Source of the DNA: Spirochaetia bacterium
GTDB lineage: Bacteria > Spirochaetota > Spirochaetia > SZUA-6 > Bin103
Assembly: GCA_965199955.1 (NCBI GenBank)
Contig: CBDATQ010000001.1
Span: 2,112,001-2,176,000 of the forward strand
Direction: 5' to 3'
Length of the DNA stretch: 64,000 bases
The position numbers and the translations under genes are program-made. The notes under the pieces were generated by a model that worked only from the letters and a program-made list of their open reading frames with translations, searched no databases and had not been told where the DNA came from. Below, piece after piece: positions 1-10,612 of the stretch. Positions within the stretch are counted from its first letter, which is position 1, and every line of letters starts with the position of its first letter.

Positions 1-950
1 CGCAATTCCAGTCGCAGATCGCGATGCTGTGGGTGTTGGTCACCCTGGCGCTGACCTGGGACATCGTCGGCGGCCAGATGGGATACAACTCGTTCGGCAA
101 CGTCGTGTTCTTCGGCGCCGGAATGTACGCCAGCGCCGTGGTGCAGCGCGCGCTGTTTTTCGAGGCGGACCAGTTCGCGGAGGTCGCCGCCAGCGCCGCC
201 TTGCGCCCGGAGCCGCTCCAGTACCTCGGCGGGCTGGGGCTCGGCGTGGCGATCGGGGCGGTTGTCGCGCTGGCCCTGGCGGTCCTGCTGGGATCGAGCA
301 TCCTCAGGCTGCGCGGGCACTACTTCGCGGTCGGCACCCTGGGACTGGGCGTCGCCGCGGGCGAGATCGTCAGCGGCATCGACTGGCTCGGCGCCGGCTC
401 CGGACTGGTGACCCCCCTGTTCCCGGAGGCGCTGGGCAGCCACAATCGGTTCTTTTCCGTCTATTTCCTCGCGGTGGCGGTCATCTGCTTCGTCGTTCTG
501 CAGGTCCTGTATCGCCGCCGGTTCGGGCTGCTGCTCAATGCCATCCGCGACGACGAGGACAAGGCCGAGGCGATGGGGCTGCCCACGATCCGCTGCAAGG
601 TCGTCGCGTGGTCGGTGGCCGCGTTCTTCCTCGCCCTGACCGGCGGCGCCTACGGCAACTTCATCGGCTTCATCGATCCGCTCGACACGGCGTTCGCCGG
701 CGCCACGTTCGGGGTGTGGATGATCCTGATGGCGATCATGGGCGGACGCGGCTCGCTGTGGGGGCCGGTGCTCGGGGCGATGGTCTTCCACGTCACGCAG
801 GAGCTGTTCTGGACCTATCTGCTGGGCTGGCATCGGGTCGCCATGGGAGCGCTGATCGTCGTAATCGTCATGTTCCTGCCCGACGGCCTTCTGGGCTGGT
901 TCCGGGAGCGCCGCGGTAACATCGCGCTGAACGCGGGCAGGGGCGCATGA
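1..950 (+). CDS. Branched-chain amino acid-type ABC transporter permease (LivM-like), probably 5'-truncated by the window edge
   Basis: Motifs GGQMGYNSFG, LRLRGHYFAVGTL, AIRDDEDKAEAMG, GGRGSLWGP; the frame is open from base 3, upstream of the ATG at 24. Confidence 0.9.
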   Translation, partial: QFQSQIAMLWVLVTLALTWDIVGGQMGYNSFGNVVFFGAGMYASAVVQRALFFEADQFAEVAASAALRPEPLQYLGGLGLGVAIGAVVALALAVLLGSSILRLRGHYFAVGTLGLGVAAGEIVSGIDWLGAGSGLVTPLFPEALGSHNRFFSVYFLAVAVICFVVLQVLYRRRFGLLLNAIRDDEDKAEAMGLPTIRCKVVAWSVAAFFLALTGGAYGNFIGFIDPLDTAFAGATFGVWMILMAIMGGRGSLWGPVLGAMVFHVTQELFWTYLLGWHRVAMGALIVVIVMFLPDGLLGWFRERRGNIALNAGRGA

Positions 951-1690
951 GCGCACTGCTGCAGGTCGACGGCGTCAGCAAGTCGTTCGGCGGCGTCGCC
1001 GCCAACCGCAACATCACCATCGGCGTCCAGGCCGGCGCCGTGCATGGCCTGATCGGGCCGAACGGCTCCGGCAAGACCACGCTGTTCAACTGCATCGTCG
1101 GGCATCACCCCGTGGACGGCGGCACGGTGACCTTCGACGGCGCCCGCGTGGAGCGGATGACGGTACAGGGCATCGCCCGGCTCGGCCTGCTCCGCACCTT
1201 CCAGCAGACGCGCGTCTACGGGGGCATGAGCTGCCTGCAGAACATGCTGGTGTCCGCCGCGCCCCTCACGGCGGGCGGTGGCCGGCTGCTGCGCCGGTTC
1301 TCCGCCGCCGTGACCGAGCGCGCCGATTCGCTGCTGGAGTTCGCCGGACTCTATGCGTTGCGCGACCAGGTGGCGGGCAGCCTGTCGTTCGGCCAGCAGA
1401 AGCTGCTGGAGTTCGCGATGGCGCTGATGCGCGCTCCGAAGATGCTGCTGCTCGACGAGCCGACCGCCGGCATCAATCCGACCCTGATCAACGGCGTGAT
1501 CGACCGGCTGCTCAGGGCCAACGCTGAGATGGGCGTCACCCTGCTGGTCATCGAGCACAACATGCGCGTGATCATGAACCTGGCCACCCACATCCACTGT
1601 CTGGACCACGGCGGGCTGCTCGCGTCCGGCACGCCCGAGCAGGTGCGCAACGACCCACGCGTCCTCGACGCGTACCTGCGCTCGCAATGA
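947..1690 (+). CDS. ABC ATP-binding protein (LivG-like)
   Basis: Walker A GPNGSGKT, signature LSFGQ, LLLDEPTAG, C-terminal DPRVLDAYL; ATGA overlap with the upstream gene. Confidence 0.93.
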   Translation: MSALLQVDGVSKSFGGVAANRNITIGVQAGAVHGLIGPNGSGKTTLFNCIVGHHPVDGGTVTFDGARVERMTVQGIARLGLLRTFQQTRVYGGMSCLQNMLVSAAPLTAGGGRLLRRFSAAVTERADSLLEFAGLYALRDQVAGSLSFGQQKLLEFAMALMRAPKMLLLDEPTAGINPTLINGVIDRLLRANAEMGVTLLVIEHNMRVIMNLATHIHCLDHGGLLASGTPEQVRNDPRVLDAYLRSQ

Positions 1691-2559
1691 CGGACACCGG
1701 CTCGACCGCGGGCGGCGGCGTCTCCGGCTACGGCGCAGGCGAGCTGGGCGAAGTCGTATCGGTCGACCAGGTGGCGCGCGAGAGCGCGTCTCTGATCGAG
1801 CGGGGCGTTCCGAGGGAGACGCTGGACGAGCTTGCCGGCGGGGACGGCTTCGTGAGCGTCCGGGGCCTGGTGGCGGGGTACGGCCGCATGGAGATCCTGC
1901 ACGGCGTGGACCTGCAGGTCGGCCGCGGGCAATCGCTGTGCCTGATCGGACCGAACGGTGCCGGCAAGTCCACGGTCCTGCACTCGATCTACGGCCTGAA
2001 CACGATCATGGGCGGCACCATCAGCAAGGAAGGCCGCGACATCACTCGCATGCCCGCCACCGACAAGCTGCGGGCCGCCGGCATCGCCTACATCCTCCAG
2101 GACAACTCCGTGTTTCCGGACATGACCGTGGAAGAGAACCTGCAGATGGGCGCCTACCTGATGAGCGACAGGGCTGCCGCGCGGGCTGCCGTCGGCGGCG
2201 TGCTGGAGAAGTATCCGCGCCTCGCCGAGCGGCGCGCGCAGCCGGCGCGCGTGCTGTCGGGCGGCGAGCGCCGCCTGCTGGAGATCTCGCGGGCCCTGGT
2301 GATGGACCCCGACGTGCTGCTGGTGGACGAGCCGTCGATCGGCCTGGAGCCGCGTTTCATCGACATGGTCTTCGAGCTGTTGGCCGATCTGCGCGACCAC
2401 GAGGGCAAGACGATCATCATGGTCGAGCAGAACGCCCGCAAGGGGCTGGCGTTCGCGGACGTCGGCTACGTGCTGGTGTCGGGAGACCTGGCGCTGGCCG
2501 CACGGGGCGACGACCTGCTGCGGGACGAGCGGGTAGGCCGGCTGTTTCTGGGCGGGTAG
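1687..2559 (+). CDS. ABC ATP-binding protein (LivF-like) with N-terminal extension
   Basis: GPNGAGKST, LSGGE, LLVDEPSIGL, VEQNAR, ends LFLGG. Confidence 0.92.
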   Translation: MTDTGSTAGGGVSGYGAGELGEVVSVDQVARESASLIERGVPRETLDELAGGDGFVSVRGLVAGYGRMEILHGVDLQVGRGQSLCLIGPNGAGKSTVLHSIYGLNTIMGGTISKEGRDITRMPATDKLRAAGIAYILQDNSVFPDMTVEENLQMGAYLMSDRAAARAAVGGVLEKYPRLAERRAQPARVLSGGERRLLEISRALVMDPDVLLVDEPSIGLEPRFIDMVFELLADLRDHEGKTIIMVEQNARKGLAFADVGYVLVSGDLALAARGDDLLRDERVGRLFLGG

Positions 2560-2576
2560 CCGGAGCTCAGGCCGGA

Positions 2577-2616
2577 ACGGCATCCGGGGTGCAGCGATCG
2601 ACTCCCGGGATGCCGT
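2577..2616. terminator. Imperfect inverted repeat after the liv operon
   Basis: ACGGCATCCGGGGT…ACTCCCGGGATGCCGT; no U-tract. Confidence 0.4.
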
Positions 2617-2687
2617 CTAAGTCATCACGGCAACGTGGATGGCGTCTCACCGCGTCAAGGCCGTCCCGATCGGTCTATGATCGGCCC

Positions 2688-3713
2688 ATGGTCAACTTCG
2701 CACTCCTGGGAGCGGGGCGGATCGGCGCGATGCATGCCGCCAACCTCGCCGCCCGGTCGGATGCCCGGCTGGTGCGTGTCTACGATCCGGTGGGGGCCAT
2801 GGCGGCTGCGGTAGCCGGGCGCCACGGCGCTGCGGCCGCGGCGGATGTCGATTCCGCGCTTGGCGCCGACATCGATGCCGCGCTCATCGCCTCTTCGACA
2901 GACACGCACGTGCCCCTGATCATCGCCGCCGCCACCGCCGGCAAGGCCGTGCTGTGCGAGAAGCCGATCGACCTGAGCCTGGAGCGCGTGGAGCAGTGCT
3001 GGCAGGCGGTGCGGGATACCGGGGTGCCGATCCAGATCGGCTTCAACCGCCGCTACGACCCGACCCACCGGCGCGTGCGAGACCTGGCCGCGAGCGGCGC
3101 CGTCGGCGCCATCCACCAGGTGATCATCTCGAGCCGCGACCCGGAGCCGCCGCCGCCGGCCTACCTGCGCGTGTCCGGCGGGCTGTTCCGGGATATGATG
3201 ATCCATGACTTCGACCTCGCCCGCTTCGTGCTCGGCGAGGAGCCCACGTCCATCACGGCCATCGGTAGCGCGCTGGTGGATCCCGCGGTCGGCGAGCTGG
3301 GCGACGTCGACACTGCCATGGTCATGATGACGACCGAGTCCGGGGGCCAGTGCCACGTCAACTGTTCACGGCAGGCCGCGTACGGCTACGATCAGCGGCT
3401 GGAGGTGCACGGTGCGCTCGGCATGGTCTGCTCCGGCAACCGGCGCGAGGACGAAGCGCGGCTGTTCACGGCGGATGCCGCCGGATCCCCGGCGCCGCTC
3501 GAGCACTTCTTCATCGAGCGCTACGCGGCCTCCTATCAGGCCGAGCTTGCCGACTTCATCGATGCGGTGGCGACCGGCCGGGCCCCGTCGGTGACGTTCG
3601 CCGACGGCCGGCGCGCGCTGGAGCTGGCGGAGGCCGCGTTGCGCTCCCTGGAGAGCGGCAGTACCGTGGTGGTGCGCGGCGTCGCAGCGTCCGAAGGAGG
3701 AAGGGGTAGATGA
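2688..3713 (+). CDS. iolG: Inositol 2-dehydrogenase (Gfo/Idh/MocA family)
   Basis: MVNFALLGAGRIG, CEKPID, GFNRRYDP, SRDP, GGLFRDMMIHDFD, YGYDQRLEV, FFIERY; true start ATG 2688 lies within ORF 1938..3713. Confidence 0.88.
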   Translation: MVNFALLGAGRIGAMHAANLAARSDARLVRVYDPVGAMAAAVAGRHGAAAAADVDSALGADIDAALIASSTDTHVPLIIAAATAGKAVLCEKPIDLSLERVEQCWQAVRDTGVPIQIGFNRRYDPTHRRVRDLAASGAVGAIHQVIISSRDPEPPPPAYLRVSGGLFRDMMIHDFDLARFVLGEEPTSITAIGSALVDPAVGELGDVDTAMVMMTTESGGQCHVNCSRQAAYGYDQRLEVHGALGMVCSGNRREDEARLFTADAAGSPAPLEHFFIERYAASYQAELADFIDAVATGRAPSVTFADGRRALELAEAALRSLESGSTVVVRGVAASEGGRGR

Positions 3714-4927
3714 GCGAGTGGCTGAAATCGACAGTCGCACGGCTGCTGGTCGCATGGGAGAGGCGGGAATCGGGCGTCGCCTACGACCTGCTGTCGCCGC
3801 GGTTGAGGGAAGATCCGTATCCCATCTACCGGGAGATGCGCAGCAAGGATCCCGTGCACCGGATGAGGCTGGTGAAGGCTTGGGCGCTGACCCGGTACGA
3901 GGACGTGGAGCGGGTATTGCGGGACGACAAGCGGTTCTGCAGCAGCGACCGGGTCCTGGTGAAGACGATACCGCTGAGCCTGCTCGACATGGATCCTCCG
4001 GAGCACACGCGGGTGCGGGCGCTGGTGTCCAAGGCGTTCACGCCGAAGGCGGTGCGACAACTTCGGGGGCGCGTGCAGGAGATCGCCGACCGGCTGCTGG
4101 ACGAGGTCGCCGGACAGCGCCGCTTCGACGTGGTCGGAGCGCTGGGATACCCGCTGCCGGTCACGGTGATAGCGGAAATGCTGGGCGTGCGATCGGAAGA
4201 CATGGGCGTGTTCGAGAAGTGGTCGAACACGGGGGCGCTGGCCGTCGATCCGATCCTTGGCAGGAAACAGGTGCACGCCATCAGGCAGGCTGCCGAGCAG
4301 ATGTCCGCATACTTCGAGGGGATCATCGCCGAGCGGCGCCGCGAGCCGAGGGATGACCTGGTGACCGCGTTGCTGGCGGCGGAGGAAGCGGGGGACCGGC
4401 TGACGCACGAGGAGCTGCTGTCGGTGATGCGCCTGATCCTCGTGGCCGGGAACGAGACGACGCGAAACCTGATCGGCAACGGCGTGCTGGCACTGCTGAG
4501 GAATCCCGCGCAGCTCCAGCGTCTGCGGGAAGACCGCGGGCTGCTGGACTCGGCGGTGGACGAGCTTCTCCGGTACGACAGCCCCGTGCAGCTCGACGGG
4601 CGTGCCGCGCGCGAGGACGTCGAGGTCGGCGGCAAGCACATACGCGCGGGCGACGTGGTGATCTCCGTGCTCGGCGCGGCGAACCGCGATCCGGAGGCGT
4701 TCGACGATCCCGAGTCGCTGGACGTTGGCCGGCGCGGGAACAGCCACCTGTCGTTCGGCCGGGGGGTGCACTACTGTCTTGGAGGTCCCCTGGCGATCAT
4801 GGAAGCCCGCACGGCGTTGGCGAGCCTTCTGGATCGGTATTCGTCCATGCGGTTGGCCATGGAACCGGAGTACCGGGAGGGAGTGGCGCTGCGCGGAGTC
4901 GAGAGGCTCTGGATCGAGGCGGATTGA
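3710..4927 (+). CDS. Cytochrome P450
   Basis: DPPEHTRVR, I-helix AGNETT, ExxR (ELLR), heme motif FGRGVHYCLG. Confidence 0.95.
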   Translation: MSEWLKSTVARLLVAWERRESGVAYDLLSPRLREDPYPIYREMRSKDPVHRMRLVKAWALTRYEDVERVLRDDKRFCSSDRVLVKTIPLSLLDMDPPEHTRVRALVSKAFTPKAVRQLRGRVQEIADRLLDEVAGQRRFDVVGALGYPLPVTVIAEMLGVRSEDMGVFEKWSNTGALAVDPILGRKQVHAIRQAAEQMSAYFEGIIAERRREPRDDLVTALLAAEEAGDRLTHEELLSVMRLILVAGNETTRNLIGNGVLALLRNPAQLQRLREDRGLLDSAVDELLRYDSPVQLDGRAAREDVEVGGKHIRAGDVVISVLGAANRDPEAFDDPESLDVGRRGNSHLSFGRGVHYCLGGPLAIMEARTALASLLDRYSSMRLAMEPEYREGVALRGVERLWIEAD

Positions 4928-4976
4928 AACCGCCGGCGTGGTGGCTTGCTCGGGCGACGCTCTATAATCGCCGCAT

Positions 4977-5858
4977 ATGGCGATTACCGTAGGGACGGGG
5001 CCGGACTCGTGGGGTGTCTGGTTTCCGGCGGACCCGAAGCAACCCCCCTGGGAACAGTACCTGGACGAGGCGGCCGCGGCCGGCTACGAATGGACGGAGC
5101 TGGGTCCGATCGGCTACCTGCCGACCGATACCGGCGTGCTCCAGGAGGAGCTGGAGAAGCGCTCCTTGAAGCTCTGTGGCGGTTTTATCATGCGTCACCT
5201 GGAGGACGAGGGAGTCGCCGACCTGGTGTTGGGCGACATCGACCACGTGTCCGGCCCGTTCAACCAGCTTGGTGCGCGCTTTGTCGTCCTCATCGACGAC
5301 GCCTACACCAACCTGCAAACGGGTGAGCTGGAGCGTCCCAGGGAGCTGGACGACGCGGCGTGGGCGCGGCTGATCGAGACCGCCAATCGCGCCCAGGAGC
5401 GCGCGGCCGGCTACGGATTGCAGGTGGTGTATCACCCGCACGCCGATACGCACGTGGAGAACCACCGGCAGATGGAGCGCTTTCTGGCGGACGCCGATCC
5501 GGCGGTCATGCTCTGCCTGGACACCGGTCACGACGCCTACACCGGGGGCGATCCGATCGCCTTCTTCGAGAAGCACCACGAGCGTATCCCGTACCTGCAC
5601 CTGAAGAGCATCCGCGGCGACCTGCGGGAGCAGGTGCTGCGCGACGGCACGCCGTTCGCGACCGCGGTCGGGCAGGGGATGTTCTGCGAACCGTCGGAGG
5701 GGGAGGTCGACTTCGAGCGCCTGCGCGACGTCGCCCATCGGATCGGTTACGACGGCTTCGGCGTGGTGGAGCAGGACATGTATCCGCCGGCGCCCGGCGC
5801 GCCGTTCCCGATCGCCAAGCGGACCAGGGAGTACCTCCGGGACATCGGACTGGGCTGA
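4977..5858 (+). CDS. Myo-inosose-2 dehydratase-like TIM-barrel (IolE/AP endonuclease 2 family)
   Basis: GTGPDSWGVWF, ELGPIGYLP, YHPHADTHVE, CLDTGH, YLHLK, VVEQD. Confidence 0.8.
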   Translation: MAITVGTGPDSWGVWFPADPKQPPWEQYLDEAAAAGYEWTELGPIGYLPTDTGVLQEELEKRSLKLCGGFIMRHLEDEGVADLVLGDIDHVSGPFNQLGARFVVLIDDAYTNLQTGELERPRELDDAAWARLIETANRAQERAAGYGLQVVYHPHADTHVENHRQMERFLADADPAVMLCLDTGHDAYTGGDPIAFFEKHHERIPYLHLKSIRGDLREQVLRDGTPFATAVGQGMFCEPSEGEVDFERLRDVAHRIGYDGFGVVEQDMYPPAPGAPFPIAKRTREYLRDIGLG

Positions 5859-5968
5859 GCGCAATCCTCCACTCGACTTCGGGGCGCGCCGTTGCACCTG
5901 CCGCGCCCGCCATGGCATTCTGGCCGTTCGCCCCGAGACCGGGGCGGATCAAGCTGGAGGTGCCTTCG

Positions 5969-6953
5969 ATGAGCTCGTGCGTAGTCGAGGCGCGCTCGGT
6001 CACCAGGGACTTCAGGGTCGCGCAGAAGCCGAGCGGCGGCTTCAGCACGCTGCGCCACCTGTTCCACCGCCGCTACCGGACGGTGCGGGCGGTGAGCGGA
6101 GTGTCCTTTTCGATACACGCGGGGGAGCGCGTGGCCGTGCTGGGGGCCAACGGCGCCGGCAAGACCACGCTGGTCAAGCTGATGTGCGGCCTGCTTCGCC
6201 CCACTGCCGGACAGGTCGAGCTGCTCGGCACGGAGCCGATCCGGCGACGGATCGCCGTGCGCCGGCAGATGGGCCTGGTTCTGGCGGGCCGCGTGCGGCT
6301 GTGGCCGGAGCTCACCGCGAACGACAACTTCGAGTTGCTGTACGCGCTGTACGGTCTGGATGCTTCCGAGCACGCGGGCCGCACGGCGCGGCTGGCCGAG
6401 CTGCTGGGAGTGTCCGGCGACCTGAAGACTCAGGTACGGAAGCTGTCCTACGGAACGCGCACCAAGCTGGAGCTGATGGGCGGGCTCCTGCACGCGCCGC
6501 GCGTCGTGTTCCTGGACGAGCCCACCGTGGGAGTGGACCAGCGCACGCGGGAGGCGCTCCACGACTTCCTGGGCAGCGATGCCCCGGACGGCCTGGGACG
6601 CGACGCGGCGCTGGTTCTCACCTCGCACAACCTGGCCGACATCACCCGCATCGCCCGGCGGGTGCTGCTGATCAGGGAGGGCCGCCTGGTGTACGACGGG
6701 ATGCTGCAGGACGTGGTCGCCGCCGCGCGTGAGTCCGTCCGCATCAAGGCAAGGGGCCGCCGCCTGAGCGACGCGCCGTGGGGCGACACCCGTGTCATCC
6801 GGGACACGGTGGACGAGCTGGAGCTGGCGGTGCATCCGCAGGCGCTCCGCCGCGTGCTGGCGGCGGTCACCGAGACGCGACGTGAAGGACGTGCGGACCG
6901 ATGTGCCGAGCGCCGAGGAGGCGCTGACAGAACTGTACCGGAACCTCGGATGA
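5969..6953 (+). CDS. ABC ATP-binding protein (DrrA/NatA-like); apparent frameshift near 6878
   Basis: GGAGG RBS, GANGAGKTT, LSYGTR, FLDEPTVG, LTSH; plausible C-terminus DVKDVRTDVPSAEEALTELYRNLG* is in another frame, with its TGA overlapping the next ATG. Confidence 0.8.
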
Positions 6954-7767
6954 GCGCACTGCGGCGCATGGCCGGTGCGGTGCGCGGGGCGCCGCGAGTC
7001 ACGTGGAGCTTGACGAAGGCGCTGGTGACGCAGTCCATGACGTACCGGGCCGACTACCTGATCGGCATCGCCATGTCGCTGCTGCCGACGCTGATGCTCG
7101 CGTTCGTCTGGTGGTCGATCCTGGGAGCGCGCAGCGGCTCCGAACGGCCGGCCCTGCTGGCGTATTTTCTTGCCGCCGGCCTGGTGGAGCAGTTGACGGA
7201 CACCGGAGAGTTTCAGTGGGGGCTGGCGGGGCGGATCCAGCAGGGCCAGGTCGAGCTGGAGGCGCTGGCGGAACCTCGCTGGGCATCGTCTGGTTCGGGA
7301 CCGCCGCCGGCATGCGCGCCGGTCAGATCATCGCCAAGGGACCGGGCCTGGTGCTGCTCGCCGCGGGCGTGCTGCTCGCCGGCAACTGGCTGGGCGCCGG
7401 GCATCTGGGCTACGCGCTCCTGGCGCTCTGCGGTGCCTTCGTGGTGCGGTTCCTGCTGTCCGTGGCCGTGTCGGCGCTTTCGTTCTGGATCGACGACGTC
7501 GCAGGCGTCTACTTCACCATACAGTTGGCAGCGAGCGTCCTGTCTGGCCGGCTGATCCCGCTCCACCTGCTCGGCGGGCGGGTGGAGGCGGTCATGGCGC
7601 TGACGCCGTTCTACTACCTGGTCTTCGCGCCGGCGACGCTGCTGGCGGGAGGCACGCCCGGGCATCCCGTGCTCGTCGGCCAACTGGTGTGGGCGGTGCT
7701 GCTGCTGGCCGCCGCCTGGGCGCTCACCCGCGCCGGTCTGCGCCGGTATACGAATGTCGCCGCCTAG
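6950..7767 (+). CDS. ABC-2 family permease (DUF990-like); apparent frameshift near 7272
   Basis: TYRADYLIG, RIQQGQVE, LSGRLIPL, LTPFYY, GLRRY; hydrophobic halves are split across two frames. Confidence 0.75.
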
Positions 7768-8545
7768 GTCCGCGCGCATCGCTGCCGCGGTGCTCAATGC
7801 CAGCGTGCGCGCCGACACGGCGTATCGCGGCGCCTTCCTGGCGCGCGCCGGCGAGGGCATCGCCAGCCTGGCGCTGTCGGTCGCGTTCTACGGCCTGATC
7901 TACACCCGGACCGACGGGATCGAAGGGTGGACGTACGCCCGGATCCTCACCCTGGCCGGCACCTTCGAGATCGTCCGCGCGATCGTGCATGCGCTGTTCA
8001 TCCGCAACCTGCCGCGTCTCCAGGACCGCATCCGCAACGGGGAACTGGATTACGACTTGCTCATGCCGGTCAACACGCGGTTCCTGGTCTCCTGCCGCCG
8101 GTTGTCGGTGATGAGTGCGCTACCCGCCGTGCTCGGCATCTTCCTGGTCGCCGCCGGAGCCACCGCCGAGGCGGGATGGCCTTCACCTGGTGGCGTGGCC
8201 GGCTATGTGGCCCTCCTGCTCGTGGCCGTGGTTGGCAACTACAGCCTCTGGTTCCTGGTGATGTGCCTGGCGTTCTGGATAGAGAAGGTGGACTGGCTGC
8301 AGATGCCCTATCTGGAGGCGCTGAACCTGGCGCGCTATCCGCCGACGGTCCTTCCGGCCGCGGTGCGGGTGGCCGCGACCGTGCTGCTGCCCGCGGTGGT
8401 AGGCGCGGCGCTGCCGGCGTCGGTGCTCTGGGGCGGGCTCGGCTGGCACGTGGCCGGGTTCGGCGCCGGCGTGGCGGCAACCGCGCTGGTGTCCGCCCTG
8501 GTATTCCGGCGCGGGCTGCTGCGCTACGAGGGCGGTACCGTCTGA
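7754..8545 (+). CDS. ABC-2 family permease (DUF990-like)
   Basis: YRGAF, GWT, RIRNGELDYDLLMP, ARYP, GLLRYEG. Confidence 0.85.
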   Translation: MSPPRSARIAAAVLNASVRADTAYRGAFLARAGEGIASLALSVAFYGLIYTRTDGIEGWTYARILTLAGTFEIVRAIVHALFIRNLPRLQDRIRNGELDYDLLMPVNTRFLVSCRRLSVMSALPAVLGIFLVAAGATAEAGWPSPGGVAGYVALLLVAVVGNYSLWFLVMCLAFWIEKVDWLQMPYLEALNLARYPPTVLPAAVRVAATVLLPAVVGAALPASVLWGGLGWHVAGFGAGVAATALVSALVFRRGLLRYEGGTV

Positions 8546-8557
8546 GTCACCCCGGGA

Positions 8558-9508
8558 TCATGGCTCGGCGTGCTTTCGCGCGGGTTCGGCCGCGCGCCGC
8601 TCGTCCCGCATGAAGACCAGCAGGGCGGACGTGACGATCGCGGCTGCGGCGACCACGGACAGCGGAACCGGCTCGCCCAGGGTGAGCGCGGCCAGCACGA
8701 TCACGCCGGACGGGGTCAAAGCGGTGATGGTACCCGCCGTCGCCGCGGACAGGCGCCGGAAGGCGACGGTCATCAGCGCGTAGTTGGCCGCCGTGCCGAT
8801 CACGCCCAGCGCCGCCAGCGCGGCCGCCGCCTCGAGCGATACCGAATCCGGCCGGCGGGCGAACGGCAGCAGGCACAGGTTCACGGCGCCGGCGATCGCC
8901 AGGATCGGTACCGCGATCTTCAGCGCGGCGCCGCGCCCCGGGCCGGAGCCGCCGGCCAATGCGCGGCTGACCAGTCCGTAGATCCCGAACCCGACCGAGG
9001 CGGCGATCATCACCAGATTGCCGGCCCGATAGGAAGACGCCGTGAGCTCGTCGAGGGCGCCGGGCGCGGCCAGGAGCAGCCCGCCGCCGGCGATGACAGA
9101 GGCGATCGCCGCCAGCTTGATCGCGGACAGGCGCTCTCCGAGGACCCAGCGCGCCAGCAGGACCAGGGTGACGATCTGCACCTGGATCATCACCGTCCCG
9201 GCGCCGGCCGTGGTGAGGCTCATGCCGAGTGCGTAGAGCTGATAGTTGACGCCCAGTGCGATGCCCCCTAGCAGGTGCCAGCCGCTGCAGGGCATCAGGT
9301 CGCGCAGGCGTCCGCCTCGCGCTCGGTGCAGCACGGCCAGCAGCACCGCCGCCACCGGCAGCCGCGTCGCGGAGATCACGATCGGATCGAAGGAACGGAG
9401 AGCGACCTTGATCAGGATCGGGATCATCATCCATACCACGGTGGCAGCCAGCATGGCGGCCACGCCCGTCCGGACGCCGCGGCGGTCGGCCGCCTCAGGC
9501 CGCGTCAC
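8558..9508 (-). CDS. DMT/EamA family transporter
   Basis: About 10 TM segments, LGERLS and LGEPV repeat ends; GTG start inferred from an upstream GGAG. Confidence 0.85.
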   Translation of the reverse strand: MTRPEAADRRGVRTGVAAMLAATVVWMMIPILIKVALRSFDPIVISATRLPVAAVLLAVLHRARGGRLRDLMPCSGWHLLGGIALGVNYQLYALGMSLTTAGAGTVMIQVQIVTLVLLARWVLGERLSAIKLAAIASVIAGGGLLLAAPGALDELTASSYRAGNLVMIAASVGFGIYGLVSRALAGGSGPGRGAALKIAVPILAIAGAVNLCLLPFARRPDSVSLEAAAALAALGVIGTAANYALMTVAFRRLSAATAGTITALTPSGVIVLAALTLGEPVPLSVVAAAAIVTSALLVFMRDERRAAEPARKHAEP

Positions 9509-9626
9509 GCTGCTCTCCGGGGTCGGTTCCGCGGGACCTGTCCGAGCCTGCCGATGAGTAGTAGGGTAGCTGTGCTGTGGCCGCGGCCCCGGCCGGACGC
9601 CGGATCGAGCGGCCGCGTCCCCTTGG

Positions 9627-10604
9627 ATGAGAAGTACTGACAGATCGCCCCCGGGTGGGGCCACGTCCGCGCTGACGCGGACCGCCCTGACCGACCGCCT
9701 GTACGAGACGGCGCGCTACCTCAGCCGATCCTGGGAGCTGTACGTCTTCATACTCCCCGCGGTCGTGCACATCTTCCTGTTCAAGTACCTGCCGATCTAC
9801 GGCCTGAGCATCGCCTTCACCGACGGGTTCTCGTTGCGGACCGGGCGGTCCGCACCGGAGTGGAACAACTTCGCCCACTTCCTGCGGTTTTTCGACTCCG
9901 CGTTCTTCGTGCCGGTCATCCGCAACACGGTGGTGATCGCCCTGTACAGCCTGGCGACTTGGCCGATCGCGCTGGTGCTGGCGCTGATGATGAACGAAAC
10001 CCGCAACCGTCACTTCAAGAAAGCCGTGCAGATGGCCACCTACGCACCGTACTTCATCTCGACCGTGGTCGTCGTAAGCATGCTCACGGTATTCCTCAGT
10101 CCGCGCATCGGCGTGATCAACTCGTTCATCAAGCTGCTCGGCGGCGAGGCGATCTTCTTCATGGCCAGCCCCTCGTGGGGGCCCACGCTCTACGTGATGT
10201 CCGAGCTCTGGCAGACCGCCGGCTTCGGAGCGATCATCTACCTGGCGGCGCTGTCGGCCGTCGACCCGCAGCTTCGCGAGGCGGCGTTCTGCGACGGCGC
10301 GCACAAGCTGCGCATCATCTGGCACGTCGACCTGCCCTGGATCACGCCCACCATCGTCATCCTGTTCATCATGCGCCTGGGCCAACTGCTGACCATCGGC
10401 TTCGAGAAAGTCCTGCTGATGCAGAACAACCTGAACATCACGACCATGGAGGTGGTGTCGACCTACGTGTACCGGTCGGGGATCCAGCAGGCGCAGTACG
10501 ACTACGCGACCGCCGTGGGGCTGCTGGAGACCGTGGCCAATTTCGCGCTACTGGTGATCGCCAACCGTCTGGCCCGGCACTTCGGCCAGACCTCCCTCTG
10601 GTAG
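9627..10604 (+). CDS. Carbohydrate ABC transporter permease (LplB-like)
   Basis: FLFKYLPIYG, TYAPYFISTVV, WQTAGFGAIIYLAALSAVDPQLREAA. Confidence 0.92.
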   Translation: MRSTDRSPPGGATSALTRTALTDRLYETARYLSRSWELYVFILPAVVHIFLFKYLPIYGLSIAFTDGFSLRTGRSAPEWNNFAHFLRFFDSAFFVPVIRNTVVIALYSLATWPIALVLALMMNETRNRHFKKAVQMATYAPYFISTVVVVSMLTVFLSPRIGVINSFIKLLGGEAIFFMASPSWGPTLYVMSELWQTAGFGAIIYLAALSAVDPQLREAAFCDGAHKLRIIWHVDLPWITPTIVILFIMRLGQLLTIGFEKVLLMQNNLNITTMEVVSTYVYRSGIQQAQYDYATAVGLLETVANFALLVIANRLARHFGQTSLW

Positions 10605-10612
10605 CTCATCCG

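Noticed and set aside
6870..7280. Programmed frameshifting in the ABC-2 genes
   Set aside because: No slippery heptamer or homopolymer tract at either site; sequencing error or decay is simpler.
5360..7555. 731-aa ORF looking like an ATPase-permease fusion
   Set aside because: Artefact of a frameshift near 6878; the real ATPase end and an ATGA overlap are visible at 6950-6953, and the 5' part is the off-frame of the iolE-like gene.
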